Below are positions 7,839 through 17,261 of a DNA stretch of 38,231 bases, in pieces. Position 1 is the stretch's first letter. Each line of letters begins with the position of its first letter. The stretch is from a bacterium (GTDB lineage Bacteria; Babelota; Babeliae; Babelales; JAUWHS01): NCBI GenBank assembly GCA_043818275.1, contig JBDRFY010000079.1, positions 1 to 38,231 on the forward strand, in the 5' to 3' direction. Below the pieces are notes generated by a model, which was not told the DNA's origin, searched no databases, and was given only the letters and a program-made list of their open reading frames with translations. The position numbers and the translations under genes are program-made.

Positions 7839-8775
7839 ACTATTACATTATTTTGCTGTTGGAATTCCTGTTGTTTGTGCCGGATTAGGTACAGGAGTTG
7901 GACAAGGAATTGCGGCTTTGGGAGCAATTGAATCTTTAGTACGTCAACAATTGGGAAGAGAACAAAGTTTCAGAGCGATGATTATTGGGCTTGCTTTGGT
8001 TGAAAGCGCTCTTGTAATTGCTTTAGTTGTTTCAATTTTAACTTTGTTTGGTCCGCAAGCAGTTATTACCTGGCCAATCGCGTTTGCGGAATTAGGTATG
8101 AGTATAGCAATTGGTTTTTCTTCTTTATTCGTAGGTTTATCTTCAAGTTATGCTGTTAGATCCGCGTGCATTTCGATAACAAGACAACCATTTGCAAGTC
8201 AAAAAGTTTTAACTTTAATGTTGCTTATTCAATCTTTAATTGAAGCGGCGTTAGTTTTTTCTTTTATAGTTGCCTTGTTTATTAGAAATGGAATAAATCC
8301 TGAACTTGATATTTATGGTGGTTTAAAATTGTTATCCGCAGGTCTTGCGATCGGTATAGGTTGTATTGGTCCATTACTTGGGCAGGCTATTTTTGCAAAT
8401 AAAGCTTGTCTGGCTGTTGGATTTAATTCGGATGCATATAAAAGAGTATTGCCTTATTCGCTTTTGAGTGAAGCGGCGATTGAAACGCCTTTAATTTTTT
8501 CTTTATTAGTATCGTTATTAATTCTTTATTTTCCTTTAAATCCTTCAAATTATTTTTTATCGATTGTTAGTTTTTCTATTGCTGCCGTTACAATTGGTTT
8601 GGGGTCTTTTGGCGCTGTTGCTTCAGGAAGAGTTTCAGCTAAGGGATGTCAGGAAGTTGCTTTGAATTCAGAAATTTATGCTTCATTATTGCGTTCAACT
8701 TTGTTGGCTCAGGCATTTATTGAATCAACTGTTATTTATGCATTAATAGTTTCTTTGTTTTTGTTAATACGCTAA
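7825..8775 (+). CDS. atpE: Fo ATP synthase subunit c, four fused c hairpins (316 aa)
   Basis: Four 80-aa repeats, each with a Gly/small-residue helix and a conserved Glu (E60, E140, E220, E300); RQ loop in repeats 1 and 2. Confidence 0.92.
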   Translation: MLTPELLHYFAVGIPVVCAGLGTGVGQGIAALGAIESLVRQQLGREQSFRAMIIGLALVESALVIALVVSILTLFGPQAVITWPIAFAELGMSIAIGFSSLFVGLSSSYAVRSACISITRQPFASQKVLTLMLLIQSLIEAALVFSFIVALFIRNGINPELDIYGGLKLLSAGLAIGIGCIGPLLGQAIFANKACLAVGFNSDAYKRVLPYSLLSEAAIETPLIFSLLVSLLILYFPLNPSNYFLSIVSFSIAAVTIGLGSFGAVASGRVSAKGCQEVALNSEIYASLLRSTLLAQAFIESTVIYALIVSLFLLIR

Positions 8776-8796
8776 AAAATTTTTTAATGGAGAAAT

Positions 8797-9948
8797 GTGA
8801 ATAATAAACAGATTCAGGTTTTGTATATTTTGACCAAATTAGAACTGGGTGGGGCACAAAAAGTTTGCCTGTCCTTATTAAAAGGGGTTAAAGATTCTAA
8901 TAATTACGCAGGCCTTATTTCTGGTAGCCAAGGTTCTTTAATTGATCAGGTCAAAGCTCAGGAATCAATTTTTTTACTTGATAGTTTTAAAAGAGAATTT
9001 GGTTTTAAAAATTTTTTCAAAGAGATTAAGAATTTCTTTGAAGTATTAAAAATTATAAAAAAAGTAAAAAAAAATAATCCAAATTTAATTGTTCACACTC
9101 ATAGTACAAAGGCTGGGTTAATTGGAAGATGGGCAGCTTTTTTTGCCTGCGTTAAAAATAGAGTTCACACTGTACATGGCTTTGGGTTTCATGAATTTCA
9201 GCCTAAACTTGTCTGGTTTATAATTTATTTTTTAGAGCTTATTACCAGTTTTATTACCACAAAATATATTTGTGTATCTAAAAAAGATTTGGAATTGGGT
9301 AAAAAAATTTTTCCGGGATTTAGTAAAAAAAGTGTTGTTATTCGCGCTGCTGTTGATTGGGATAATTTTCATATTCCAGCAAAAAAAATGAAGAATTATT
9401 CAGATGAAAAATTTATTTTAGGAGCCGTTTCCTGTTTTAAACCACAAAAAAATTTATTTGATCTTTTAAGCGCATTTAAAAATGTATATGAAGCATTAGA
9501 TTTGAATTCAAGAGAAAATATTTTATTACAAATTATTGGTGATGGGAAGCAGCGAATAGAAATTGAAAAATGGATATCGGAAAATCAATTAATTGGCAAA
9601 ATCGAATTATTGGGTTGGCAAAATGATGTTGCATCATGGATGAAAACCTGGGATTTATTTGTTATGAGTTCTTTATGGGAAGGATTACCTTGCGCTGTTG
9701 TTGAAGCCAGGTTGAGTAAGTTGCCAATTATAACTTATGATGTTGGTGGAATTTATGAAATTTTGCAGAATGGGAAGAATGGATTTTTGGTTAAAACTGG
9801 TGACTATAAAATTTTAGCTGAAAAAATAAAAAAACTTTTTTTGAATAAACCTTTACATAAAAGTATGAGTTTACATCCAGACAATTTAGACGAGTTTAAA
9901 AATTCCGTTATGATTAAGCGACATTTAGAATTTTATAAAAATTTGTAA
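8797..9948 (+). CDS. Glycosyltransferase family 4
   Basis: LGGAQK, VHTHSTKAGLIGRWAA, HTVHGF, SSLWEGLPCAVVEA, YDVGGIYE. Confidence 0.92.
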   Translation: MNNKQIQVLYILTKLELGGAQKVCLSLLKGVKDSNNYAGLISGSQGSLIDQVKAQESIFLLDSFKREFGFKNFFKEIKNFFEVLKIIKKVKKNNPNLIVHTHSTKAGLIGRWAAFFACVKNRVHTVHGFGFHEFQPKLVWFIIYFLELITSFITTKYICVSKKDLELGKKIFPGFSKKSVVIRAAVDWDNFHIPAKKMKNYSDEKFILGAVSCFKPQKNLFDLLSAFKNVYEALDLNSRENILLQIIGDGKQRIEIEKWISENQLIGKIELLGWQNDVASWMKTWDLFVMSSLWEGLPCAVVEARLSKLPIITYDVGGIYEILQNGKNGFLVKTGDYKILAEKIKKLFLNKPLHKSMSLHPDNLDEFKNSVMIKRHLEFYKNL

Positions 9949-9977
9949 AAATATTTATAAAAATATAAAAATTTTTT

Positions 9978-10007
9978 TTGACATATTGAATCTGAATTTG
10001 ATAACGT
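9978..10007 (+). promoter_or_regulatory. Putative sigma70 promoter for acyP
   Basis: TTGACA, 18 nt spacer, TAACGT preceded by TG (extended -10). Confidence 0.4.
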
Positions 10008-10044
10008 TACTCTCGTTGTAGAAAATTAAAAGGGAGAGTATTTA

Positions 10045-10323
10045 ATGAAGAGATGCATAAAAATTATAGTTACAGGTAGAGTTCAGGGAGTTTTTTATCG
10101 AGACTTTGTTCGAAAAAATGCTGAAAAATTAGGGGTAGAGGGAAGTGTTCAAAATCAGGAGGATGGAACAGTTATAATTTATGCTTGTAGTTTTGCAGAA
10201 ATTTTGGATGATTTTATTGATGCTCTTTATCAAGGTTCTAATAAATCTTTGGTTGAGGATGTTTCCGTAACTCCTTTGAATATGGATAAAAATTTTCGGG
10301 GTGTATTTAGGGTTATCGGATAA
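10045..10323 (+). CDS. acyP: Acylphosphatase
   Basis: VTGRVQGVFYR...GSVQNQEDGTV signature. Confidence 0.93.
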   Translation: MKRCIKIIVTGRVQGVFYRDFVRKNAEKLGVEGSVQNQEDGTVIIYACSFAEILDDFIDALYQGSNKSLVEDVSVTPLNMDKNFRGVFRVIG

Positions 10324-10432
10324 AATATCTCTAGTTTTATTAATCGAGAATAATTTTTTACGCATAAGGCTTTGTAGCCTAATCTTTGCTGTTTTTTACA
10401 AAATTAATTTAATATTAAGCTTATTTAGTAAC

Positions 10433-10604
10433 CTGGCCTGCCATCTATCCTTCGATTTCGCTTGCGCTACACTCAGTATGAGGGGCGAAAAATGGCCGCG
10501 TCCCGTCTTCACTAAAATTACGCCGGGCACGCAGGTGACTTGTCCTTCGAAGCTTCAGCGAGGAGGAAGACTGGCCTGCCATCCGAAGCTTTAGCGTAGG
10601 ATGG
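10433..10604. repeat. Composite GC-rich REP-like palindromic array 3' of tRNA-Glu
   Basis: Several hairpins with a CGAAGC-loop-GCG(A/T)AG-like core; CTGGCCTGCCATC occurs twice; the first 60 bp match 37810-37870. Confidence 0.8.
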
Positions 10605-10676
10605 TAGCCTCAAGGGGAATCGAACCCCTATTTCTGCCGTGAGAGGGCAATGTCCTAACCGTTAGACGATGAGGCC
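10602..10676 (-). tRNA. tRNA-Glu(CTC)
   Basis: GGCCTCATCGTCTAACGGTTAGGACATTGCC-CT-CTC-AC-GGCAGAAATAGGGGTTCGATTCCCCTTGAGGCTACCA; full cloverleaf, encoded CCA. Confidence 0.96.
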
Positions 10677-10807
10677 AATTCGTTAAAAGATCTTTTTTTT
10701 GTATCTGACTTAATCTGTTGTATGCTAATCAAACGATAAGAAACAATAATATCTTATTATATGCGTGAAGTAAAGGCTGTTCCCGGTAATAAAGTTGCTT
10801 ATTTAGA

Positions 10808-13633
10808 ATGAATTTTAATAATTTTTATACAATTTTTCTTTTCTTGCTTTTTCCATTTTTGTTGTTTTCACATAATTCTTTGCCAATTCTTAAATCTGAA
10901 TTTGAAAATTATAAAACTTTAAAACTAGAAAAAGTAACATTTGATTCAGATATTTCTTTTAATAAATATGAATTCCTTTACCTGGTTAATTTAAAAGTTG
11001 GGGAATTGGTTTCATTTAAAAATATCAAAAAAGCTTATAAACAGTTAATGAGGATTAAACGCTTTAAGAATGTGGAAATTGATTTTGATATTTATTCGGG
11101 AAATCTTGATTTGCGTTTTAAGTTAACTGCTAACTGGATTTTTAAAACTTTGATTTTGAAAGGTATATGGTTTGATAAATATCAATATGAAGATTTATAT
11201 CTCCAACAACCGGGTGATATTTTTGATATTTCTTTACATGAAGAATCTATTCATGACATAAAAAACATGCTTAAAGATAAAGGTTTTTTTAACAGTGTTG
11301 TAGAAGATGAATTTGTTTATGAAGCAGCTGAAAAATTAGTAACGGTAAAACTTAATGTGGATAGAAGCAAATGTTTTAAAATAGAGTCAGTTAGCTTTGA
11401 TTTTGATTCAGAAGATAAAAAAGATGTTTATGATTCAATAAATAAAAGATTTAAGAACTCTTTCGTTGGCTTTTATTATTTTAAAAAATTAATAAAAGAA
11501 GAAAGTGAAAGGTTAAGTGAATTTTTAAGGAAAAAGGGTTATTTAAATTGTGAGATAAAAATTAAACGAATAGTAAAAAGAAACAAATCTAAAGTTGCCA
11601 TTGTTTTTGAAGTTAAGTTAGGAAAAAGATTTAAAATAAAATTTTTGGGTAATAAATTTTATTCAAAAGAATATATCAGACAAAATTTATTAAGTTCCGA
11701 TATGCCTTCGTGGCTTTTTTCTCCTCCCATAATAGCAGAGCAGTTATTGCAGGAATATTATAAAAAAGGTTTTTGGTCCACAGTTGTTAATTATAAAATT
11801 CAGGAAGATGGCACTATTTTTTTTACTATCAACGAGGGGGGACGATTTATTGTAGATTCAGTTGTTTTAAAAAGTTCAGTTAATGATTCTTTAATTGGAA
11901 GATCTTCTTATTTTAATGAGCTATTAGCCAATAAATATTATGATGAAGAAATTTTGAATGATTGTTTGAAAAATTTGACCAATTTTTATTTATCTATTGG
12001 TTTTTGGGATTTTAAAATTTTGCAAAAACGTTTTGTAAAAATTAATGATAGATACAAAATTTTAATTTTTATAGATAAGGGGCAGCAAAGGTTTTACGGA
12101 GGTGTTTCTGTTAAAAATTTTGAATATTTAAATGGTGATAAATTTTTTCAAAAAAATGAACCCAGGAATTCTTTAATTCCGTTTAATAGTGATTGGATAT
12201 CTGAGCAAAGAACTTTTTTGTTAAAATATTTTCAAAAACAAGGTTATTGGTATGTGGAAGTTCAGCCTGAATTTGTATCAACAGTTTTAAGAAATAATAA
12301 ATCTCTGGTATTAGTTAAATGGGGGGTTAATTCAGGAAAAAAAGTAAAATTTGGAAAATTATTGTTGCAGGGAAATACAAAGCTTCCATTTAAAAGAATT
12401 CTTGATGAGTTGCGATTTAAACAGGGAGAAATTTGGGATAAGTCAAAACTTGATTTAACGACTTCAAGGTTTAGAAAATTAGATCTTTTTAAAAAAATTC
12501 AGCTTCAACCATATAAAGTGTCTAAAGCAAGTGAAGAAAAACCGATTATATTAACATTGGTTGATGATGATCCTTATGAGGTCCGTTTACGTTTAGGTTA
12601 TTTTTTAACCAGTAAAAATTTTTTATTAAAACGTCAATCTACATATAAAATTGGTTCATCTTTTGTTTTTAAAAATCCAACAAATAGCGCGGACAAATTA
12701 TCTTTTAATGCTGATTTAACAAGGTTTGAAAGATATTTAAATATTGATTATCAGATTCCGTCTCCTTTTGATTTACCAATAATTGCAAAAACTAAAGCTT
12801 ACGCAAATAAATACGTTCAGCCAGTAGAAATTGGCAAAAGTGGTTCTGCTTATGAAGCGATACAAAATGGTTTTTTAGTTGGTTTAAGCAATGAATATAA
12901 AAAGAATTATTTTTGGGGATGCAATATTGGAAATGAATGGATGGAGACAACTAAAGTTAGAGGGAATTTAGATTTTGCACCGGAATTGATTGATAAGACC
13001 GTACCATATTTTTTTGTTGAACCAAGTTTGGTGATAGATACTATTGATGACAGATTAAACGCAAAAAATGGTTCATTAACTTTTTTATCTTTAAAAACCA
13101 TGGTTCCATATAAAGATGCGCAAACTACTTTTAAAATTATGATAGAACAATCTTTTTTAAAAAATATTTTTTCTGATGTTGTTGCCGGTTTGAGGTTGAG
13201 ATGGGGACATATTTTTAGACAGGATTTTGAGTATATTATGCCAATTGAGCGTTTTTATTTGGGTGGACCACACTCCGTTCGGGGTTATGAGATAGATTCT
13301 ATTCCACCATTAGGAGTATCAATAAATATTGTAGATGGAAAAATTATAAAAGAATATACAATTCAGGGGGGCAGTTGCATGGTTAATGCAAATTTGGAGC
13401 TTCGTTTTCCTATTTATAAATCTTTCAAGGGAGTTATTTTTCAGGATATTGGTGTTTTGAGTCAAACAGGATTTGGCGGTTTTAAAGGAACCTGGTACCC
13501 GGGAACAGGATTTGGTTTTAGATACAAAACTCCAATTGGACCAATTCGTTTTGATATTGGCTGGAAATGGAAAAAACGTTTTGAACATGATTGCCCGTAT
13601 GCCTGGTATTTAACTATCGGAGAAGCGTTTTAA
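10808..13633 (+). CDS. Omp85-family outer-membrane protein (BamA/TamA-like) with multiple POTRA domains
   Basis: Signal peptide, POTRA-like repeats (FLRKKGY, YFQKQGY, LQGNTKL), RFYLGGPHSVRGY, TPIGPIRFD, C-terminal Phe. Confidence 0.9.
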   Translation: MNFNNFYTIFLFLLFPFLLFSHNSLPILKSEFENYKTLKLEKVTFDSDISFNKYEFLYLVNLKVGELVSFKNIKKAYKQLMRIKRFKNVEIDFDIYSGNLDLRFKLTANWIFKTLILKGIWFDKYQYEDLYLQQPGDIFDISLHEESIHDIKNMLKDKGFFNSVVEDEFVYEAAEKLVTVKLNVDRSKCFKIESVSFDFDSEDKKDVYDSINKRFKNSFVGFYYFKKLIKEESERLSEFLRKKGYLNCEIKIKRIVKRNKSKVAIVFEVKLGKRFKIKFLGNKFYSKEYIRQNLLSSDMPSWLFSPPIIAEQLLQEYYKKGFWSTVVNYKIQEDGTIFFTINEGGRFIVDSVVLKSSVNDSLIGRSSYFNELLANKYYDEEILNDCLKNLTNFYLSIGFWDFKILQKRFVKINDRYKILIFIDKGQQRFYGGVSVKNFEYLNGDKFFQKNEPRNSLIPFNSDWISEQRTFLLKYFQKQGYWYVEVQPEFVSTVLRNNKSLVLVKWGVNSGKKVKFGKLLLQGNTKLPFKRILDELRFKQGEIWDKSKLDLTTSRFRKLDLFKKIQLQPYKVSKASEEKPIILTLVDDDPYEVRLRLGYFLTSKNFLLKRQSTYKIGSSFVFKNPTNSADKLSFNADLTRFERYLNIDYQIPSPFDLPIIAKTKAYANKYVQPVEIGKSGSAYEAIQNGFLVGLSNEYKKNYFWGCNIGNEWMETTKVRGNLDFAPELIDKTVPYFFVEPSLVIDTIDDRLNAKNGSLTFLSLKTMVPYKDAQTTFKIMIEQSFLKNIFSDVVAGLRLRWGHIFRQDFEYIMPIERFYLGGPHSVRGYEIDSIPPLGVSINIVDGKIIKEYTIQGGSCMVNANLELRFPIYKSFKGVIFQDIGVLSQTGFGGFKGTWYPGTGFGFRYKTPIGPIRFDIGWKWKKRFEHDCPYAWYLTIGEAF

Positions 13634-13760
13634 GTCTTATTTTTCTTTACTTTCCATTACATTTGTTTATATTCAATATTTGTCGCTCAAGTCTTATTTT
13701 TTTAGGGGGAGAGCAGGTTTCAAATAATTGTTTCCATATATAAAATATAAAGGTATGAAA

Positions 13761-14477
13761 ATGGATGGTACAGTTAAGGGGACAAACAAATCATATTCAA
13801 ACAATCAATGCACCGATAAACATTTGTGTCTTTATGCTCATGATCATTGTTGTGGTACATCTTTAAAAGATGAGTTGGTTGCCCATTTTCCTTATGCAGT
13901 TTTAGCAGTTGCTTTTAGCATGATAATTTTAGGCATTTTTTATTCATTAGATGTTTTTTTACAAGCTGTAAATGGTGAGCACCGTTTGTTTCATATTTTT
14001 CATTACGTGCATTTATTATTTGCTGGAACCGGGACCGTTTTAAGTTTTCGTCGTTATTCTAAGAATATTTTAGGCAGCATTATTGCAGGTCTTTTCATAC
14101 CAGCCTTTTTTTGTACTATTTCTGATGCAATTTTACCTTATTTTGCCGGTAATCTTTTAGGTTTGGATATGCACTTTCATTGGTGTTTTGTTGATCATTT
14201 AAGTATGGTTTTACCTTTTTTAATCGCAGGAATTGTTAATGGTTGGGTGTTAAGTACTTATCCAAGTGATAAGCATATTAATTATTCAACCGGGTTTCAT
14301 TTTTTGCATATAGCAGCTAGTGCGATGGCATCCTTGTTGTATTTTGCAGGATTTGGGTTTTATGATTGGATGAATAGCATGGGAACAACTTTTTTATTGT
14401 TGTTATTTGTTGTTTTGTTGCCTTGTTCTTTATCTGATATTGTTATCCCTATTTGGTTTGCCAAAAAGAGAAAATAG
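13761..14477 (+). CDS. Polytopic membrane protein with His/Cys-rich N-terminus (possible metal transporter); start uncertain
   Basis: HLCLYAHDHCC, intramembrane HIFHYVH and HFLH, two related C-x-x-S-D motifs (CTISD, CSLSD); about six hydrophobic segments. Confidence 0.65.
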   Translation: MDGTVKGTNKSYSNNQCTDKHLCLYAHDHCCGTSLKDELVAHFPYAVLAVAFSMIILGIFYSLDVFLQAVNGEHRLFHIFHYVHLLFAGTGTVLSFRRYSKNILGSIIAGLFIPAFFCTISDAILPYFAGNLLGLDMHFHWCFVDHLSMVLPFLIAGIVNGWVLSTYPSDKHINYSTGFHFLHIAASAMASLLYFAGFGFYDWMNSMGTTFLLLLFVVLLPCSLSDIVIPIWFAKKRK

Positions 14478-14486
14478 GGGGTTTTA

Positions 14487-15578
14487 ATGAGGCAAATAAG
14501 ATTTGTTGATGTTTGCAAATCATATGATGGTGATTTAATTCTTGATCATTTAAATCTTACAATTCCATCAGGTCAATTTTTTGCTCTTCTTGGTCCAAGT
14601 GGTTGTGGAAAAACAACTTTGCTTAGATTATTGGCCGGTCTTGAGTCTGTTGATTCAGGAAAAATTTATATTGGAAAAGACGATATAACAAATCTTCCAA
14701 TTTATAAACGTAAAATAAATACCGTTTTTCAGCAGTATGCTCTTTTCCCTCACCTTTCTCTTTACGATAACGTTGCTTATGGTCTTCGTGTTAAAGGAGT
14801 AAATGAAGCCAGAATTAAAGATCGTGTGTACGATGTTTTAAAAGCTGTTCAATTATTGGGTTTTGAAAATAAAAAAATAAGAAGTCTTTCAGGTGGACAG
14901 CAGCAAAGGGTTGCTATTGCAAGAGCAATTATTAATGAGCCGGAAGTTTTGCTTCTGGATGAGCCGTTGGCCGCTTTAGATTTAAAATTAAAAGAACAAC
15001 TTCTTGTTGAATTAATCGATTTGCATGACAAGTTAAAAACCACATTCGTTTATGTTACTCATGATCAAATGGAAGCATTAACAGTTGCAGACAAAATGGC
15101 AATTATGAATGTTAATGGGGAAATTGAACAAATTGGAACGCCAAAAGAAATTTATGAATTTCCAAGCTCCCGATTCGTGGCCAATTTTGTAGGGAAAACA
15201 AATATTTTGGAAGGGGTTTTAAAAACTAAGGATGAAAAGCCTTTTGTAGCAGTAGAGGGTCTTGGAGATTTTGAAGTTTATATTCCTAAGAGAAAAGACT
15301 GGATGATTGATGGAGGCGATATTTTTATGAATATTCGTCCTGAAAAAATTTTTATAAGTAAAAAGAAAATTTTAAATTTTTCCAATCATTTAACCGGTGT
15401 TGTTATTGATATTATTTATCATGGTCTTTCTACTCAATATAATGTTGAACTTAGAACGGGAAGAATTTTAAAAGTTTTTGAACAAAATGAAGAACATTTT
15501 CCCCAAGAAACAATAGATTATAATGACAAAGTTAATCTTTATTTTCAAAAAGAAAATGTACTGTTACTGGAAGATTGA
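14487..15578 (+). CDS. potA: Spermidine/putrescine ABC transporter ATPase
   Basis: GPSGCGKT, NTVFQQYALFPHL, LSGGQQQRVA, LLLDEP; first of four pot-like genes. Confidence 0.92.
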   Translation: MRQIRFVDVCKSYDGDLILDHLNLTIPSGQFFALLGPSGCGKTTLLRLLAGLESVDSGKIYIGKDDITNLPIYKRKINTVFQQYALFPHLSLYDNVAYGLRVKGVNEARIKDRVYDVLKAVQLLGFENKKIRSLSGGQQQRVAIARAIINEPEVLLLDEPLAALDLKLKEQLLVELIDLHDKLKTTFVYVTHDQMEALTVADKMAIMNVNGEIEQIGTPKEIYEFPSSRFVANFVGKTNILEGVLKTKDEKPFVAVEGLGDFEVYIPKRKDWMIDGGDIFMNIRPEKIFISKKKILNFSNHLTGVVIDIIYHGLSTQYNVELRTGRILKVFEQNEEHFPQETIDYNDKVNLYFQKENVLLLED

Positions 15579-16480
15579 TGAAAATATTTAAGAATATTTT
15601 AAAAAAAGAAATGCCATTTCTTTTTGCTTGCCCGGCGATTCTTTGGCAGTTTTTATTTTTATATATTCCATTATTTATTTTATTTTTTTACAGTTTTATC
15701 TTTTTTTCTCCAACGAAAAAAGCTGTTTATTTTACTATTAAATATTATTCTAAAATTTTTGAATTAACATATTTACAGGTTATTTTTAATTCTTTTTTAT
15801 TGGCTTTTTTAACATCTGTTATTTGTTTGTTTATCGCTTATCCCATAGCATATTTTTTGGTTATCAAAGTTGAAAAGAAATATAAAACATTTTTATTGGT
15901 GTCATTAATATTGCCTTCCTGGACAAGCCTGATCGTTCAGATTTATGCCTGGTTTTTTTTGTTAGAAAACAATATCTTTGTCTTTTGGTTAAAAAAAATT
16001 GGCTTGATTCCTGAAGGTTTAAGTTTTATTAATAATTATTTTTCAATATTAATAGGCACTGTTTATTGTTGGTTACCATTTATGATTTTACCTATTTACG
16101 CAGTTTTGGATCGAATGGATAAAAATTTACTGGAAGCATCAGCTGACTTGGGAGCGAGTAGATTTGAAACTTTAAAGCGTGTGGTGCTACCTATTTCTGT
16201 TCCAGGAATTCTTGCTGGTTCAGCTTTAGTTTTTATTCCTGTTTTTGGTGAGTTTGCTATTCCAATTTTATTGGGTGGTGGAAAAATAGCTTTTTGGGGA
16301 AATATAATTGTTGAAAAGTTTTTATTTTTAAAAGATTGGAAGTTGGGTTCAGCATTTGCTTTTACAGGTGTAATGCTACCATTGTTTATTATCTTTACTA
16401 TTTTTTATTTTTATAAAATTGGAATTTTTTTAGGTAAAACTATTTTTTTAAAAAGGCAAAGTTTAAATGGTAGAAAGTAG
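15575..16480 (+). CDS. potB: Spermidine/putrescine ABC permease
   Basis: IAYPIAY, LPFMILPIY, LLEASADLGAS (EAA loop). Confidence 0.9.
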   Translation: MMKIFKNILKKEMPFLFACPAILWQFLFLYIPLFILFFYSFIFFSPTKKAVYFTIKYYSKIFELTYLQVIFNSFLLAFLTSVICLFIAYPIAYFLVIKVEKKYKTFLLVSLILPSWTSLIVQIYAWFFLLENNIFVFWLKKIGLIPEGLSFINNYFSILIGTVYCWLPFMILPIYAVLDRMDKNLLEASADLGASRFETLKRVVLPISVPGILAGSALVFIPVFGEFAIPILLGGGKIAFWGNIIVEKFLFLKDWKLGSAFAFTGVMLPLFIIFTIFYFYKIGIFLGKTIFLKRQSLNGRK

Positions 16481-17261
16481 AAGCATTTTTTTTAAAATTT
16501 TAAATCCGTTATTTGTTTTTTTAGGATATCTTTTTTTGTATGTTCCTATGCTTGTAATGGTTTTATTTTCTTTCAATAGCTCACATTCAGGAGCAAGCTG
16601 GACAGGCTTTTCTTTTAAATGGTATGTAAAACTTTTGCATACCCCTGAGATGTTGAATTCTTTATATGTTTCTTTAATAGTTGCTCTGTGTTCTACCCTT
16701 TTAAGTATTTTTATAGGGACATTTCTTGTATTTGCGAGTCGCTGGTGGAAATCATTTTTTTTATTTGGGATCTTTTATTCAAATCTTATTTTACCAGATA
16801 TAGTTCTTGCGATTTGTATTTTAAGTGTTTTTGCCTTTTTAAATATCCCTTTGGGTTATGGTAGTTTAATCGCAGGACATACATTAATTGGATTAGGTTT
16901 TGTGATTCCTATTGTTAGGGCCAGATTTATAGAATTAGATCCTGTGCTTACTGAAGCGTCTTTAGATTTAGGAGCAACTTATTTGCAGACCTTTAGGAAA
17001 GTGATTCTTCCTCTTTTGATGCCGTCTTTAATTGCTTCTTCATTATTAGTTTTTACCATTTCTCTGGATGATTTTTTAATTGCCTTTTTTTGTTCCAGCC
17101 CGAGTGTGCAAACTTTATCTGTTTATATTTTTTCAATGGTGAGAGCTGGTGTTGATCCATCTATTAATGCTATTTCAACTATTTTATTAGTTGTAAGTAG
17201 TTTGTTTGTTTTGCTTCTTTCCGGCTTTAAGGTTATAGATCAGGTTATTTCATATGAATAG
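16467..17261 (+). CDS. potC: Spermidine/putrescine ABC permease
   Basis: FLYVP..LFSFN, WTGFSFKWY, EASLDLGA, FTISLDDF, PSINAIST. Confidence 0.9.
   Translation: MVESRSIFFKILNPLFVFLGYLFLYVPMLVMVLFSFNSSHSGASWTGFSFKWYVKLLHTPEMLNSLYVSLIVALCSTLLSIFIGTFLVFASRWWKSFFLFGIFYSNLILPDIVLAICILSVFAFLNIPLGYGSLIAGHTLIGLGFVIPIVRARFIELDPVLTEASLDLGATYLQTFRKVILPLLMPSLIASSLLVFTISLDDFLIAFFCSSPSVQTLSVYIFSMVRAGVDPSINAISTILLVVSSLFVLLLSGFKVIDQVISYE

Noticed and set aside
10301..10594. 97-aa ORF downstream of acyP
   Set aside because: It runs through the GC-rich palindromic array, which is poor in stop codons, and has no SD or motif.
10433..10604. CRISPR array or prophage att site at the tRNA tails
   Set aside because: No constant repeat with regular unique spacers, no duplicated tRNA 3' end and no integrase in the window.
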